Assembly (NCBI GenBank): GCA_002633005.1
Contig: NMRA01000413.1
Location: forward strand, 282,782 to 346,781
Direction of reading: 5' to 3'
Length of the DNA stretch: 64,000 bases
From: Phoronis australis
Lineage: Eukaryota; Animalia; Phoronida
In this document: positions 62,801 to 64,000 of the stretch, one piece after another
Layout: each line of letters starts with the position of its first letter
How positions within the stretch are numbered: the first letter of the stretch is position 1
Position numbers and translations under genes: made by a program
The notes under the pieces: model-generated
Told to the model about the DNA's origin: nothing
The model's database searches: none
Seen by the model: the letters and a program-made list of their open reading frames with translations, nothing else

Positions 62801-64000
62801 AAGTAGCACGCATTTCTAAAGCCTGGATGCAAATGAAAAATGTTAGCATACACTGAGCTAGACGATAGCTATTAAGGGGGAATCTGTTCTCCAGACAAAA
62901 CAGAACAGAATCAATCAATCTAACACGGCTGTCAGCCAAGTCTGTAAGTTACTATTGCAGACCTGAGTAGTTATGCCAATATGTCTGGTGTGAGATATAA
63001 TTATTACCAAACGAATGGGCAGTAAGAAAATTTGAAAAGATATTTCCTACCATGCGAGATGGAAATTAGAATGGGCATAACCTAAGATGTTGGGTAAAGA
63101 TATCAGCCTTTACTTAGAAAAAAATGGACAAGAGCTCTGTCCTCAGATTACAACGGAGACGCGGGCCCCTTGTGCACTTCAATTTAGTTACCATTGCAGC
63201 CACCTAAGTAATTGATGTTTACAAAAAGTCCTAGCATTACGGTGACTGAATAGTTCACTGCAACCATCTTCTCCATTTAACCTTCTCAGTTTCCTGGCGC
63301 AAGCAGTGTAGAAATGTCCAATTGCCGAACTTGGCAAGTGAACGACGGACTGTACGAAAAACGTTTGCTTGCAGGAGTATTTGTTCGAGATGGGAACAAA
63401 TAAAGACATCAATGGCCTTCTAAGGCATCTCTCTGTGCGCAAAAGGTACTTCTAAACTTGTAGCAACATGATTTCGATGGTTTAATCAGTGTGATGCATA
63501 ACTCGCCGAAAAGCTTTCGTTGTTTGCATTCTGACATCTTATACTAATGACAGTATACTGTCCAGTCATGTTTACTTTGCGTACAGTTATCGGTTTAGTT
63601 GTTTCTACGTATGTACAGTTACAGTTATCATTTATTTGTTTCTACGTATGTACATTTTTTTCCTTTTTATCTTCTGGCGGCCATTTTGTCCACCATTTTG
63701 GATGCTTTATTGACTAAATACAATGGGGCTATTCGGAGAATTCTCCTCGCGGTGTCGCTGCTGTACTAGTGGTGATTGAATTGCGCATGCGTGGCTGTCT
63801 GCATGTAAACAACTGGTAAAAGATGGAATTTTTATCAAAATACGTCGTCGCGCTAAGCCTTATTACTGCTAATTTCCCTGGTGCAAGTCTTCGACAGGTG
63901 GCCACAAATTCCCAAAAGACCTAAGGTTACTATATTCGTGGACAATTGCGGTCAACAGGGTCAACTAACTGACAAAAAGTGTGTGGATGCTGAAGCCCCG

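Overview
AT-rich, intron-rich animal genomic DNA. It is probably from a marine invertebrate, though this is inference only; it is not prokaryotic. It holds two complete protein-coding genes arranged tail to tail. The first is a 6-exon neuroligin on the + strand (218-29863, about 840 aa) with a 22.8-kb first intron. The second is a 5-exon SLC16/MCT-family MFS transporter on the - strand (45321-35028, about 509 aa). All splice junctions were read by eye and are GT-AG with matching phases. Introns and intergenic DNA contain many mobile elements: a TTAA-flanked Kolobok-like element with a THAP ORF, a decayed Crypton-type (DUF3504) tyrosine recombinase, a 5'-truncated L2/CR1-group LINE with target-site duplications (TSDs), an L1/Tx1 fragment, a Penelope-like remnant with a variant hammerhead-ribozyme motif, tRNA-derived SINE heads, several MITE families with 3-, 5- and 8-bp TSDs, and minisatellites. 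I see no convincing wholly new biological system. The best leads are the variant hammerhead, the CRE-carrying palindromic MITE, the 5-bp-TSD MITE family, the intronic THAP element, and unusual residues in the two proteins. Most of the supplied short ORFs are spurious.
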